Shown here one piece after another: positions 38,520-50,000 of a stretch of 64,000 bases of DNA. How positions within the stretch are numbered: position 1 is the first letter of the stretch; each line of letters opens with the position of its first letter. The notes beneath the pieces are model-generated. The model was not told the origin of the DNA, ran no database searches, and saw only the letters and a list, made by a program, of their open reading frames with translations. Both the position numbers and the translations under genes were made by a program. Source of the DNA: a virus; IMG/VR virus record IMGVR_UViG_3300046467_002136, positions 32,001 through 96,000 of that record; one strand, 5' to 3'.

Positions 38520-40322
38520 ATGTCTAATAGCGGTCTCAGAGGCAAACAATCGAAGTACCAATGCATGTTGAGCGGCGAAAAGGTCGCGAAACCGTGTGTT
38601 GGCTGCGTCAACCCTAAGGGGTGTCTGTCCAGAGCCATGCAGTACAAGGAGCCTAAACAAATGGGTCTGGAAGAAGAAAACGTAGTCAAGCTGAATGCCG
38701 ATGGTTCGGTTCTTAAGTGTGCTAAGGACTACAGTACAAGTGATTGCGAGTATACTGCAGGTAGTAAGATATGTGGTAAATGCGGCGCATCAGCGATTGA
38801 ACTGAAAGAGAGTCCAATGGAACAAGCCATCGCTAACGATGAAACTCTGGACGACGAGGACGCAGTGCTGATTAAGGCACTTGAAGAAAAAGCCAGCGTC
38901 ATGGACGAGGTGTCCGAAGTCGAAGCCGAAAAACGTCGTATTGAAAAAGACACTCGCGATACCTCCGATACACAATTGGAGGACGACGACGACGATCCGG
39001 ATCACGATGACCACGAAGTCACAGAAGCCAAATCTGAAGATGATGTGGAAGAAAAGGTCGAAGACGAACCAATCGACGAAAAGACTGAAGACGATGGTTG
39101 GATCGGCCTAGAGGAAGAAGAGAAGGACGAAAAGGCTGGCGTTATGATGCGCGAAAGCCGTCTCAACGTCGATGATGAGGAAGAAGAGGAAGAAGAAGAG
39201 GAAGAGGCTCCTGTTGCTGCTGCTCCTCCTCCTGCTCCTCCCGCTGCTCCTGCTCCCCCTCCTGCTGCCGCTGCGCCACCCGCTGCGCCGCCTCCAGCAG
39301 AAGAAGCCCCTCCGGCTCCTATTGCCGAAGAGGAAGAGGCTCCCCCGGCCCCAGCCCCAGCCCCAGCTCTTGCTGAGGAAGAGGAAGAGGAAGAGGAAGA
39401 GGAAGAGTACGACGAATCCTCAGCCAAGAAATCCATGGGTGCATATTTGTGTGCCCTTGACCGAAAGGTCTACCCCGGCAACGCCTCTGTTTGCGACGAC
39501 TGCCCAGGCGGTTGCGTCTCTGAAAAGGGCATGCCCAGCTTGCTCGAAGTCGAACAAGCTCTTGAAATTCAATTCAAGGGCGACGAATATGCAACGGTAA
39601 TTGATTCCGTGTATTCCGATCGCGCAGATCTTTTTATCTGCGATCTTGATGTCGATGGCAAAAAGGTCATCGAAGTATTCGTTGAAGCTAAGTCCGGAGA
39701 GGTTCTCGGATTCAGCCGTCTTGACGATTCTGTCTTTGAACAAAAAGATGCTTTCGAGACAATTGACCTTGTTGACTTCAGCGAGGCTGCCGAAATCGCA
39801 GTTAAGACAGTCGAAGGCGTAGTCAACGCTGTGGAGCCAGACGTGTTTGAATCTTTCGACTGCTACGCGGTAGAAATTAATGGCGTAGACGGCAAGTCCC
39901 ATGATGTGTTCGTTGCTCTTGACGGTGAAGTCTTGGGTTATGACACATACGAACCAGATGAGGCAGAGGCCATCGAGGCCGAAGCTGCTGAAATCGCCCT
40001 TAAACGTGCGTTCTCAGACGATGAACGCGAAGGTTTGGCCGAAGAAGGCCACGCCATGAAGGATGGTTCGTATCCAATTGTGTCGGAAGAAGATCTCCGC
40101 AATGCGGTTCAGGCTTATGGTCGGGCAAGTAACAAATCAGCAACAAAAGCTCATATTATGAAACGAGCTAAAGATCTTGGTCTGGAAGAACTCATTCCAA
40201 CCAACTGGGTTTCTGGTAGTAACGAAAAAGCGATCATGAGTGCAGACGATGCCGAATTCATGGTTTCTCTGATCGAATTTGAATTACTCGCGGAGGAAAC
40301 CAATAACAACGGTCCCATTTAG
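38520..40322 (+). CDS. Acidic head-associated protein, possible scaffold (Cys clusters, poly-Glu/Pro-Ala linker, PepSY-like repeats, DUF6582-like C-terminus)
   Basis: 600 aa with CGKCGA and CDDCPGGC; C-terminal AMKDGSYPI..EEDLRNAVQAYGRA..HIMKRAKDLG. Start uncertain. Confidence 0.6.
   Translation: MSNSGLRGKQSKYQCMLSGEKVAKPCVGCVNPKGCLSRAMQYKEPKQMGLEEENVVKLNADGSVLKCAKDYSTSDCEYTAGSKICGKCGASAIELKESPMEQAIANDETLDDEDAVLIKALEEKASVMDEVSEVEAEKRRIEKDTRDTSDTQLEDDDDDPDHDDHEVTEAKSEDDVEEKVEDEPIDEKTEDDGWIGLEEEEKDEKAGVMMRESRLNVDDEEEEEEEEEEAPVAAAPPPAPPAAPAPPPAAAAPPAAPPPAEEAPPAPIAEEEEAPPAPAPAPALAEEEEEEEEEEEYDESSAKKSMGAYLCALDRKVYPGNASVCDDCPGGCVSEKGMPSLLEVEQALEIQFKGDEYATVIDSVYSDRADLFICDLDVDGKKVIEVFVEAKSGEVLGFSRLDDSVFEQKDAFETIDLVDFSEAAEIAVKTVEGVVNAVEPDVFESFDCYAVEINGVDGKSHDVFVALDGEVLGYDTYEPDEAEAIEAEAAEIALKRAFSDDEREGLAEEGHAMKDGSYPIVSEEDLRNAVQAYGRASNKSATKAHIMKRAKDLGLEELIPTNWVSGSNEKAIMSADDAEFMVSLIEFELLAEETNNNGPI
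39177..39407 (+). repeat. Low-complexity coding tract: two poly-Glu runs flanking a Pro/Ala-rich linker
   Basis: GAG/GAA runs on both sides of GCT/CCT-rich triplets. Confidence 0.8.
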
Positions 40323-40346
40323 GGACTCCCCGAAAGGTGGGTCCGA

Positions 40347-43300
40347 ATGACCGAGTTCTCTCCAAAAAAAAGAACCTACCTCTCAGCAAGAATCCGTCGT
40401 AGACGACGAGATTTAGAAGCTGCTGGGCTGGACTTTCTTGAACGTAGAAACGTTCTTGCTGCACAGCCAACCCTTAACGCTCAAATTGTAGTTAAGGCGC
40501 TTGATGGCAGTATCGGAGATTCTCCTGAAAAGGAAAAAGATAAGTCCAAGAAGCGCACAGCTGGTTCAGGGGTTAAAGAGATAGAGCCCGAGGTTCGTTA
40601 CGACCCTAAAGGTGTTCGTGATCCTGGACAAGTTTTCAAACTGCATGTCACTGCTCGTGACCTCAAAACAGGTGAAGACAATTTCGGGTGGATTGATCCG
40701 CCCGAGGCAGTGCCGAAAGAAAAACAGCGCTCCAGTATGGCTGACGCTATGCAGTGGCGGGCAACTCGGCCTCAGATTCGGATACGGACTTACGATCAGG
40801 ACCCAAGAACGGGTCAACCAATCGTTGAGACTGAGGAAGAAATTCAGGTCAAAGGTCTCGGTAGAACCCTCAAAGACACCCTTCCGGGCCAAAGTCTTGG
40901 GGGGCGTGCGGCCAGCGGCCTTGGTCTCATTGTTGACGCTTTAGGAAAATTCCGTTGCCCACCCGGCACTCCGGCGGCCAATCAGTTCACCGACGAGTTC
41001 GGGACAAACTGTTTCTCGCCTGTAGAGATATTACGCGACACAGTCCGGGGTCTTGTCAATAGTCTCAGATCCAGCAGAGGCCGAAGCTGGTCATTACCCG
41101 GTCGAGGCGATAGCGAAGCGGAACAGCTGAGGTCCAATATCGCAGAGCGGCGCGCAGCCGCCGGTAAAGCCGGACAGCTTATTGGTAATACTGCGTCGAT
41201 TGAAGCAGCCTTGATTGAACGCAACACCGTTATTCAATCTTTAATGGATCAGTACGGCATTTCAGCTGGAGACGAACTAAACGAGGATATGTGGTCATTG
41301 TTGGAAGCAATGACCGATGTAGATACCGGTGATTTCCCCGACCTGGAATGGAAAGGATTGTTCACCAGCATGTTCGGAGATGAACTCTGGGATGAAAATC
41401 TTACGATGCGTCAAAATTTGGAAAAGATGCGTGCGGCAGTTCGCGAAGACGTATTCAGTTTCATGGGTGCACAAACCAAAACGGGTGCACAAGCAATCCG
41501 GGATTCGTATAACCATAGAGACCCCAAAGCGATGGCAATGGTTGACGGTCTTGTTGGTCGACACGAATCAGCGATGCGAGGATTCTTAGGTTCGACTCTT
41601 CACGAGTTCGGAGACGATCCGAGAGCCATGAGCGGTCTCAAAAAGATTTCTTTCCGAGCCTACAACCCAGATATTGACGACTTCCAAAGCTATTGGGGTA
41701 CCGAAGGGGAATGTATTCCCCTCTGGGAAGGTACCGGCACCGGGATGGCCACCAAACTCCAATTCAACGCTACTGCCATTGCCCTGCGACCGTTTCAAGA
41801 GGGTGGACTGACTCATGAGGGTCCGGACGGTCGACCAAAACTCGTACAGGTTGATGCTGGAGGCGCCTTTTCGGCATCAGTAACAGACGCCGAGAAATGG
41901 GCGGCAATCGCAGACTTTCTTGCACATACTGAAAAAATGGAATACTGGCATAAACAATATGCAAATGACCTTACTGCCTCTGCTCACGGTGGAAGCCTCG
42001 AAGCCTTTTCCATGCATGTCGGATATCACGAACTTGCACACGTTAAACAGTATCAACAGATCGCACAACGAGTATTAGAAACCTATGAGCGTGATGGTCA
42101 ATTCTCGATTTACAAAAGAGACGGCACTGGACTCGAATTATTAACTGCGAATCCTTCTGAATGGACAAACGAACAGTTCGCTATGGCCGTTGCCTCCACA
42201 TTCCAAGATGCGCTTCCACCCGGCACCACTACCGACTTTCCCCCGATGGACATGGTCCAATTTGAGGGAAGCATGCTGCATCTTCTCGCAGGACAATATT
42301 ACCAAGACCTGGTTCAAGGTTTCCTGCAAGCAACCTCTGGTGGTTATGCAGAAGATATTACTCCGGGTCAATATGTGAGTCCTTTGGACGCCAGAGGACT
42401 ACCTGTTCACAATTCGGCGAAAGCCCACCTCAACCTGTTGTTTCTAGAGGGAACAGCTGAACTAGCGGCTCTTAAACGAACCGGAGGCATCGCAGGCGAC
42501 GAACTCAATGAAGTTCTTGATTGGATGGACGCAGACATAGCAGACGTTGTCTACGGGATTCCAGAGGTTGACGTTCCGTTTAAACCCGGTTCCATTGTTT
42601 CCGACACTGACATGGGTGAAGCGCCTTGGGACACTCCTCTCGAACCGGGCGAAGTTATGACGCCATCAGGCATCATTATTCCGACTAGTGCTGTGAAAAA
42701 GATAGAAGCAGCAGCGGCGAGGAAGAGGCAAGAACGCCAACTAACTACGGAGAAGCGAAAGCTCGAAACTGCTAGACGATTGCGGCATCGAACAGAAATA
42801 CACAGTTGGGGCAGCGGCGGGGACGGTGAAATCAAAACTGCGTCTGATGGAACAAAATATGTTTGGATCGGAGCATTAAGTGGTGAGGGCGAATGGCAGG
42901 TGCTATTTGATGACCTGTTTGAACCAGCATTTCTGGAGGAGCTAGAAGGTGTCACCCCACCCGAAGTGGACTATGACCTTCCACCCGGCATGCGCTCTGG
43001 CGGTATGCGCTCTAGGCGAGAATTGGGCCAATTCGACAACGGACCCAGAGTCGGAAAGTTTTCCGGAGAAACACACGAAGAACCAGACGGCTCAGTCTGG
43101 GAGTTTCGCCCTACTCTTCGGGATCGTCCAGAAAAAGGTGGTTTCTGGCGTGATATGACAGACCCTGCAAACCGACGAGAAATAGCCGAACGCGCCACAC
43201 GCAGACGCCAATTGGAAGCTCAAGAGGGTCGAAGCATGGGACGACTTGCTCGCCCGGGGGCTGGAAGCGAATGGGAAAACATTGTCCGGAGGGGCGATGG

Positions 43301-46300
43301 CGGGATGCGTTCCACAAGGGCCACTGTGGGACAAAGTCTCACTCCCGAGGAGATCAACGATCACGCAATACTTGACGACCTAGAACTAGAACTGGAGAGA
43401 TTAGACGCAGCGTCCCCCACCCTTCTGGGGCGGTTGCGTCAAAAGTTTGGTGGCCACAAAGGGCTCGAACAGCGCAAAGAGAGACACCGAGAGAGTATTG
43501 CAGCCGTTAAGGAAGCATTAGCTGAGGGCAGATTCGTCGAAAGTCTGGATGATTACATAAACCTTACCGACGAAGACAAGATGAAGTTTTTCGGACCTGA
43601 ATACCATGGCAAGCCTCTCGTCGTCACCGCCGATCAGACAGAACTTGCAATGAGAATCATCTTGGATAGTTATCGCCTCAACCCTGACGAATCTGATTCC
43701 GACAAACTCATGCACGTCAAAATTGTTCCCACTGATTCAATTACCGGAGAAGAGATCCAATCACTGCTGCATAAGGAATTCGCTGAGGCATTGGAAAACG
43801 GAATGCCTATTGCAGAGGCGCTAGAACAGGGTAATGACATTGAAGCACAGCGCTTAATCGCAGAGTTCAACGCTAGCGACACCCCATTCATGCTCGGTAA
43901 AGAACATTATGACTTATGTAAGGTTTCCGTAGCGGGCTCAAACATGTTCTGTTATGACCACGAAGGCATATTGCGAAACAGCATGCCTCAGTTCAGTGGC
44001 CCTGTCTGGGATTTCGACACAGAAGAACACCAAAAGGTGTATGAAGACGCTATGACCAAGCTCGCCAACGCAGCCGGTCATGTCGACCCCTCAACGGATG
44101 AGTACGAAGACTGGTTCAAGTCCCCGGAAGGATGGGCCGCTAGGCAGGAAGCCCACAAGGAAGTGTTAGATGCAGGGGGCCAGGCGACGAAAGCCGCAAC
44201 ACTCTGGCATCAACAATTTGAAGAGAAGAAGAGACGACTCATGTCGGAAGGGATGAGCGAAGCAGACGCCCTTCAAGGCGCAGCGGACGCAACCCAGTTC
44301 GGAGCAGATTCCACTCGTCAATTGATCGATCACTTAAGGGCAAACGGTGTTCGGGTCGAGGGTGGATTTGGCAAAGAAGATTTACGGCCCGATTCCGCCC
44401 GGATTGACGCCCCTGGCGATGATCTGGAAACCGGCACAGAGAACCCGATCAAGAAAGCTTTGCTATTTCTTAAGGCCAGTCAGAACGAACTAATCGGACC
44501 CAAGGTGATGAAAGAAGCCCGGAAGGCGACCATAAAACAACCTGACGGGACATACATCAAAAACCCGGACCACTGGCTCTTTAAAGGATTCGATGGTTCT
44601 TCAGATCCGATTTTGGTTACCGACGACGGGTTCATTCTTGATGGTCATCACCGCTGGGCAATGCTCGTAGCGGTTGCCAGTCTGACGGGAGATGAAGACG
44701 AAATTTTGGGCCACAAGAACGTTGTCGTCGTTCATATGCCCATCAACGAAGCCTTGTCTTACGGGGTGGCCTTTGCCGACGATATGGGTATGCAGCGGGC
44801 ACCCGCTGGACCGGATGAAGCTGCCCCACATCCTTCGACGCTTCCTGACGTATCAGGAACGTGGGCGAAACGACAGGCTCTGGCTGACGAGAAGAAAAGT
44901 TTATTGCCTGAAAGTCCGGTCGAAGAACGTGGGATGCGATCCTCCCGTCGCATGCAAGGCGATTTCGACGAAATCACCCGGGTCGGAAAATTCCATGGAG
45001 AAACTCACACAGAACCAGATGGTTCAGTCTGGGAATACCGCCCAACTCTTCGAGATAGGCCCGAACAAGGCGGGAATTGGATTGATCTTTCTGATCCCGG
45101 CATGCGACGACATATGGCTGATCGCGCAAGAAAAAGGCGTCTGGCAGAAGGCGAAGCCGGTGCTTTCGGTGGCTATGACCGTCCTAGAGGGCGTGCAGGT
45201 ATGCGCTCCGAGCGTCTACCTCAAAGGGACGAAGAAACCCGCCCAGGGTGGGACCATGCTCCGCATCGAGGCCGAGGGGTTCCTGATGGTTCGCCGAACC
45301 GCTTCCGTGAGGTACGCGGTGGTCAATATGTCAATAGCGAATGGGACGACATCAGTCGCGGCGGGATGCGTTCCCAGCGCAGAGAAATAGAACTGCGGAA
45401 CATGGAACGTGAAATCCAAGCCGCAGTAGGGCGTGAACGGGCTCTCGAAACAGATCTTCTTCAGCTCCGAGAAGATGAAGATGGTTTCGTTATTACTCGT
45501 GAAGAATTTGACAATTCGGTTGCCGAAATATCTATTGAGCGACAGGCATTGAAGGAGCGTAAGCAGCGACTGCAGCAACAGCACTCGATCCTTAAGCGCC
45601 ATCGCGACAGGGGTTCTAGAACGGGCATGCGGTCGATTCGTGTGAGAAAGCAAAGCGACAACCCCGGCGCAGCAGAAATGATGACCAATCGCAACGCCAG
45701 CTTGGCTGAAGCGATTCCGGATTCAGCGTTCTCTGCTCCCAGTGGTTGGGGAAGCAACTATGGAACTGATCGCACTTCTAGAGCCTTGCCGCCAATCCAA
45801 AGTCGCAGTAGCGCACTCTCGGATCACTATGAAAAACTCGACAGTTCACTGGAAGATTTACTAGGAAGTGAAGACGGGCAATACCTGCAAGGGCCTAACC
45901 TGTCATTTTTGGAGTTCGACCCGGAAGTTGTCGAATTCCTATCCAACCACGAAAAAGACGAAGTTAGTGAGACTATTGCCAAAGCAGCCGTTCAATTCCA
46001 TCGTGGATTCGACCGGAGACCAAGAGTCCTACTCGATTCAGATGAATTTGAAAATCTGTTAGAAACAGGCAGCCACTCCAGACCAGATGTTCCATACGGC
46101 GAAAACAGTGTTGCGGATTTACGCATGGACTATGACCTTCGTAACGGTTTTGACACAAATACCCCGGCGTCTCAGCGTCCGGTAAGTGGACACCTGTATC
46201 ACGCCATGGATGATGACCAAATATCCGAACGCCTCGATGCCATTGATGGGCCGTTGATGGAACGACTCCCTGACTTCTGGGATTCAGAAGGAACGGCCCC

Positions 46301-47078
46301 TTGGGGAGATCCAGCAGCAATGGGTGGAGACATCGACATCGTTTTACGCCCAGAGGTATCCGACAGAACTCATTACGGATCAGGCGACGCTATGGGCCGT
46401 GGGGCCATTCCGACGCCCATGAACTCAAATGACGCAAACGAAATTCTTGCTGCTCAGACCCCACGCTGGAACAGCGGGCAAGAAGATGGTCCCTTCAAAA
46501 ACACTGTGAAAATGCACGACCTGTTAAAAGCGGGGGCAACTGGAAACTATAGAGATCTCTCCCCCGACGGTGAGCACCATGAAGCACAAATCGCTGGGGG
46601 TATCGATATGGACGACATTGAGTTTGTCCGCTATCCGGTCAACAAGCTCAATTGGCGCAATCTCAAACTCAGCGATGCAGATACAGGGAAAAACGACGAA
46701 TCTGCAGCAGCCCGACTGCGCACTGCAGGATTTAGCGATGCCGAAATTGGTTACTTCTATGACGCTATAAGCGATGGGCGAGTTGCAGGTTTACGAAATG
46801 TCAACTGGCTTCGCCAACATCTTGCAGCTCAAAAAGCACAAGAACGATTCGATCGTCTTGGAGTTGATGTCAAATTCACAAACCCAGACGGGATAGACCT
46901 TATGAATGTTGATTCGTTCATGAGCAATCTTCCAGGAGCTATTTCAAGCACAACGCCTGCAGACGTTTTACGCAAACGGATACATCTTGAAATCGCAGAG
47001 CGCGCAACTGAGCTACTTCAAGATATTCGGAAAGAAATGAAGCCAAATCGCAATGCCGCCGCAGGAGTTTTGGTCTGA
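40347..47078 (+). CDS. Giant polyvalent head-region protein (zincin HExxH, ParB-like and DUF3626-like modules)
   Basis: 2243 aa: RCPPG..FTD..C tag, HELAH, ILDGHHRW, EAQIAGG, and 7 GMRS sites. Confidence 0.75.
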   Translation: MTEFSPKKRTYLSARIRRRRRDLEAAGLDFLERRNVLAAQPTLNAQIVVKALDGSIGDSPEKEKDKSKKRTAGSGVKEIEPEVRYDPKGVRDPGQVFKLHVTARDLKTGEDNFGWIDPPEAVPKEKQRSSMADAMQWRATRPQIRIRTYDQDPRTGQPIVETEEEIQVKGLGRTLKDTLPGQSLGGRAASGLGLIVDALGKFRCPPGTPAANQFTDEFGTNCFSPVEILRDTVRGLVNSLRSSRGRSWSLPGRGDSEAEQLRSNIAERRAAAGKAGQLIGNTASIEAALIERNTVIQSLMDQYGISAGDELNEDMWSLLEAMTDVDTGDFPDLEWKGLFTSMFGDELWDENLTMRQNLEKMRAAVREDVFSFMGAQTKTGAQAIRDSYNHRDPKAMAMVDGLVGRHESAMRGFLGSTLHEFGDDPRAMSGLKKISFRAYNPDIDDFQSYWGTEGECIPLWEGTGTGMATKLQFNATAIALRPFQEGGLTHEGPDGRPKLVQVDAGGAFSASVTDAEKWAAIADFLAHTEKMEYWHKQYANDLTASAHGGSLEAFSMHVGYHELAHVKQYQQIAQRVLETYERDGQFSIYKRDGTGLELLTANPSEWTNEQFAMAVASTFQDALPPGTTTDFPPMDMVQFEGSMLHLLAGQYYQDLVQGFLQATSGGYAEDITPGQYVSPLDARGLPVHNSAKAHLNLLFLEGTAELAALKRTGGIAGDELNEVLDWMDADIADVVYGIPEVDVPFKPGSIVSDTDMGEAPWDTPLEPGEVMTPSGIIIPTSAVKKIEAAAARKRQERQLTTEKRKLETARRLRHRTEIHSWGSGGDGEIKTASDGTKYVWIGALSGEGEWQVLFDDLFEPAFLEELEGVTPPEVDYDLPPGMRSGGMRSRRELGQFDNGPRVGKFSGETHEEPDGSVWEFRPTLRDRPEKGGFWRDMTDPANRREIAERATRRRQLEAQEGRSMGRLARPGAGSEWENIVRRGDGGMRSTRATVGQSLTPEEINDHAILDDLELELERLDAASPTLLGRLRQKFGGHKGLEQRKERHRESIAAVKEALAEGRFVESLDDYINLTDEDKMKFFGPEYHGKPLVVTADQTELAMRIILDSYRLNPDESDSDKLMHVKIVPTDSITGEEIQSLLHKEFAEALENGMPIAEALEQGNDIEAQRLIAEFNASDTPFMLGKEHYDLCKVSVAGSNMFCYDHEGILRNSMPQFSGPVWDFDTEEHQKVYEDAMTKLANAAGHVDPSTDEYEDWFKSPEGWAARQEAHKEVLDAGGQATKAATLWHQQFEEKKRRLMSEGMSEADALQGAADATQFGADSTRQLIDHLRANGVRVEGGFGKEDLRPDSARIDAPGDDLETGTENPIKKALLFLKASQNELIGPKVMKEARKATIKQPDGTYIKNPDHWLFKGFDGSSDPILVTDDGFILDGHHRWAMLVAVASLTGDEDEILGHKNVVVVHMPINEALSYGVAFADDMGMQRAPAGPDEAAPHPSTLPDVSGTWAKRQALADEKKSLLPESPVEERGMRSSRRMQGDFDEITRVGKFHGETHTEPDGSVWEYRPTLRDRPEQGGNWIDLSDPGMRRHMADRARKRRLAEGEAGAFGGYDRPRGRAGMRSERLPQRDEETRPGWDHAPHRGRGVPDGSPNRFREVRGGQYVNSEWDDISRGGMRSQRREIELRNMEREIQAAVGRERALETDLLQLREDEDGFVITREEFDNSVAEISIERQALKERKQRLQQQHSILKRHRDRGSRTGMRSIRVRKQSDNPGAAEMMTNRNASLAEAIPDSAFSAPSGWGSNYGTDRTSRALPPIQSRSSALSDHYEKLDSSLEDLLGSEDGQYLQGPNLSFLEFDPEVVEFLSNHEKDEVSETIAKAAVQFHRGFDRRPRVLLDSDEFENLLETGSHSRPDVPYGENSVADLRMDYDLRNGFDTNTPASQRPVSGHLYHAMDDDQISERLDAIDGPLMERLPDFWDSEGTAPWGDPAAMGGDIDIVLRPEVSDRTHYGSGDAMGRGAIPTPMNSNDANEILAAQTPRWNSGQEDGPFKNTVKMHDLLKAGATGNYRDLSPDGEHHEAQIAGGIDMDDIEFVRYPVNKLNWRNLKLSDADTGKNDESAAARLRTAGFSDAEIGYFYDAISDGRVAGLRNVNWLRQHLAAQKAQERFDRLGVDVKFTNPDGIDLMNVDSFMSNLPGAISSTTPADVLRKRIHLEIAERATELLQDIRKEMKPNRNAAAGVLV

Positions 47079-50000
47079 TGAAAGCTATTCATGTTGCCAA
47101 TACGGGTGATAGCCGAATTTATTATCTATTGGAATCAGATAACGACTCTACCGGTGTAGTGGTCAAACGTAATTCTCCTCCAACATTCGTAAACTTTTTT
47201 GCATATGTCTCCAAAAAGCCGCAGATTCAACGTCTTATGGATTCAGATTTTCATAAATTTCTTTGGACTGGCAACAAGGGGAGTTTGAAACCTCGCTGGG
47301 AACACGTCTTCATTGACCGAGTTGCCGAACCGGTTGATTTGTTGGTTGGCGTAAACGTGATCAGCAAATTTAAAACAGACGACGGGCCTAATCGTGTCCG
47401 ACAGATGGAAGAGAAAGCCAATCGAGCTATCGAATATCGATCGCTGGTATCCGCAGGGCTTAACGAAAAAGCTTTTGCTAGGAGTGTCGGCAGAATGGCC
47501 GGTCGTGCAGCAACGGGAGCCGTCAGAGGTTTCCGTAGAGGAGTTCGATTTGATCGACATGCTCGTGACGGTGATTTAGATGGCTTTCTTCAGGAGGGCA
47601 CAGAGTGGGCTAGAGCTGCCACGCCGTCACGAACAGATCTCACTACGCAGGAAACGGTTGGATATAAGCAACCAGGACGACCACGGTTTATGAAAGATAA
47701 GCCGCCAGATCCCACAACTTTGTTTGATGCTTCACGGGAAGAGCTTCGGGCTGCCAAGGGTCGTTATTACCGCTGGAAGAAGGCAGAAGCGGGAGCATCC
47801 GCACACGGCGTCGGTCTTGTCGACCCCGAAGAACTCTTGCAAAGTTGGATCGATTTAGAAAATGAATTGAGTGAAGCGTTTCTTGATGGGCGTCCCATAC
47901 GAACTACTGACGATTTTCGAGAAGTTGCAGCTCAACTTCACAGCGGATTCGGACCCAACCTCAATCAAAAGATGAAAATTGTTTACGATTCGAACGGAGA
48001 TCCGGTAGACCGTAAATATGACATATCGGGGGGCAGCTATTTCGACTTGATTACCCCCGATCGGAAAGGCGACGAAGAGTTATCTCTGTATGAAAGATAT
48101 ACGGCATTAGCTGTCATGAGGGGATTAAGAGATAACCCTGATCTTCAAAACCACACCTTGCAAATTGCTCATGAGGACGATCTGGTCCCGAGTAATCCAG
48201 TCATCAATGGACCCAAAGGAGTTGGAGGTCAAGCGGGCGGTCTGATGGGCTGGAACTGGAAGGTCAACAAGATAGCCCTGCAACTATTGAGGGCTACTAC
48301 GGGTACACGGGAAGAACGAAACAAACGGTTCTCCGAACGCCTTGACGAAATGCTCGAAATTGACAAAGTGCCGTCTCAACGCAATCGTCACCCAAAACCG
48401 AGAATCACTATCGGCTTACGCAAAGAAAAAGATCATTCGAACCTACTTGATTTTGAAATCGGTTTAACTGCTGAATATGCTTCAAAAATGGGTCACAACA
48501 CTGCCACTACTGCTCTGGTTGTCTTAGCGGCCCACCTTGACAATGTGCCCCAGAGTGAACAGGCGTCAGTTGTCAAACGAGGTAAAGCAATTTTTGGAGC
48601 CACGATCGCAACACACGAGTTCTCCGGACATGGAAGTCACACTTCAAATATAAAATCATTTGCAGATAAAGATGCAGGTGGTGATCACAACGCATTAAAA
48701 CGGGCGTTTGAACGAATAAAAGAACATCTAGGAAAGAATCCAATCGCTGACAAAACCGCGCTGGATCTCGATAGCGAACAGATAGACAAAACCGGCAAGG
48801 GTGGTTACAACTTGGCTCATGGAGCATTCGGCCCAAAGGCGATTGTGAGCATGGATAAAGCTTCTGCAAAATTATCAAACCAAGGTAAAGTCCGAGGCGT
48901 TCTAAGTGTCGAACCCGACACTATGGGGGTCGGACAATGGCTGGGTTATCTCGACCAGAAGGAAAAGCCAGGTTCGAATCGAGTTGAGCGACTTCATGAA
49001 TGGTTGAGGCAGCCCATCATGGATGGTGACGGCAACCCATTTACAGCCACTCCCGGACTCGCCCAGTACTTCAACGCATTGGCAGGTGAGGCTGGCCTTA
49101 GTTGGCCGGGTATCGATTTAACAATATCCCAGGGTGAAGAATTAACTCTTGCGCACGTTTTGTACGGGATGTCTCCCAGCATCAACTTCGGAGAAATTCA
49201 ATTGCTTTCCGCCGAAGCCTCCAACATGGGCCTCACCAGATTGTCAGATCATCGAAAGGGTAAATACCTCAGCTACAGGCCAAGAACAGGAACTGCTTCT
49301 GGAGCGAACTGGACTGATATTACTGACAAAGCAATATTTGTACGGGTTGGTGATGATATGAAACCATTAGATAGCATACCCAGTGGTGTGTTGGATCAAA
49401 TACCCTGGTATATGAGCGTAGGCGGCGTAGAGTTATTTGATCAAGGCGTTTTACCCGCACCTACGGTACTCAGGGAACACGGAATACCTGCATTCAAATT
49501 TCCCAATACCCAAGGTTCATCGATTGACTCCTCAGGGCCGCACAGCTCGAACACGAGTTCCAGCGATCCGGTGTCGCCAGAAGATGTCGCACCGTTACTC
49601 GATGCTCATGCAGTAGTAAATCGGATTTTGGCTGATGAAAAATCTTCTATTCCAGTCACTCCACCCCCTGTCACCAATGTGCAAACTGCTTTTAAAGATC
49701 CATTCAACCCTACAGACCTAGAACAACGTGCCAACAAAAAGCGATTGAATGAGGAAGAGGTAAAAAGAAATCAAAACTATTTGGCCAAGCTTCTCAAAGT
49801 GAGATTTAATAAAATCAAAGAATCGAAAAGCGAAGTTGGCACAACAGGATTACCGATTACTGAATTAGTTTCAAATAAAAGTCCTGCACAAAGAGTCGAA
49901 ATAAGACAACGATTAGTTGACCAGCTACTCGCTTCTCTCATCTATGACCACAAATTCATCGACCAAAGCCGACGTTCCAGCACCGCCCGCATCGACAAAC

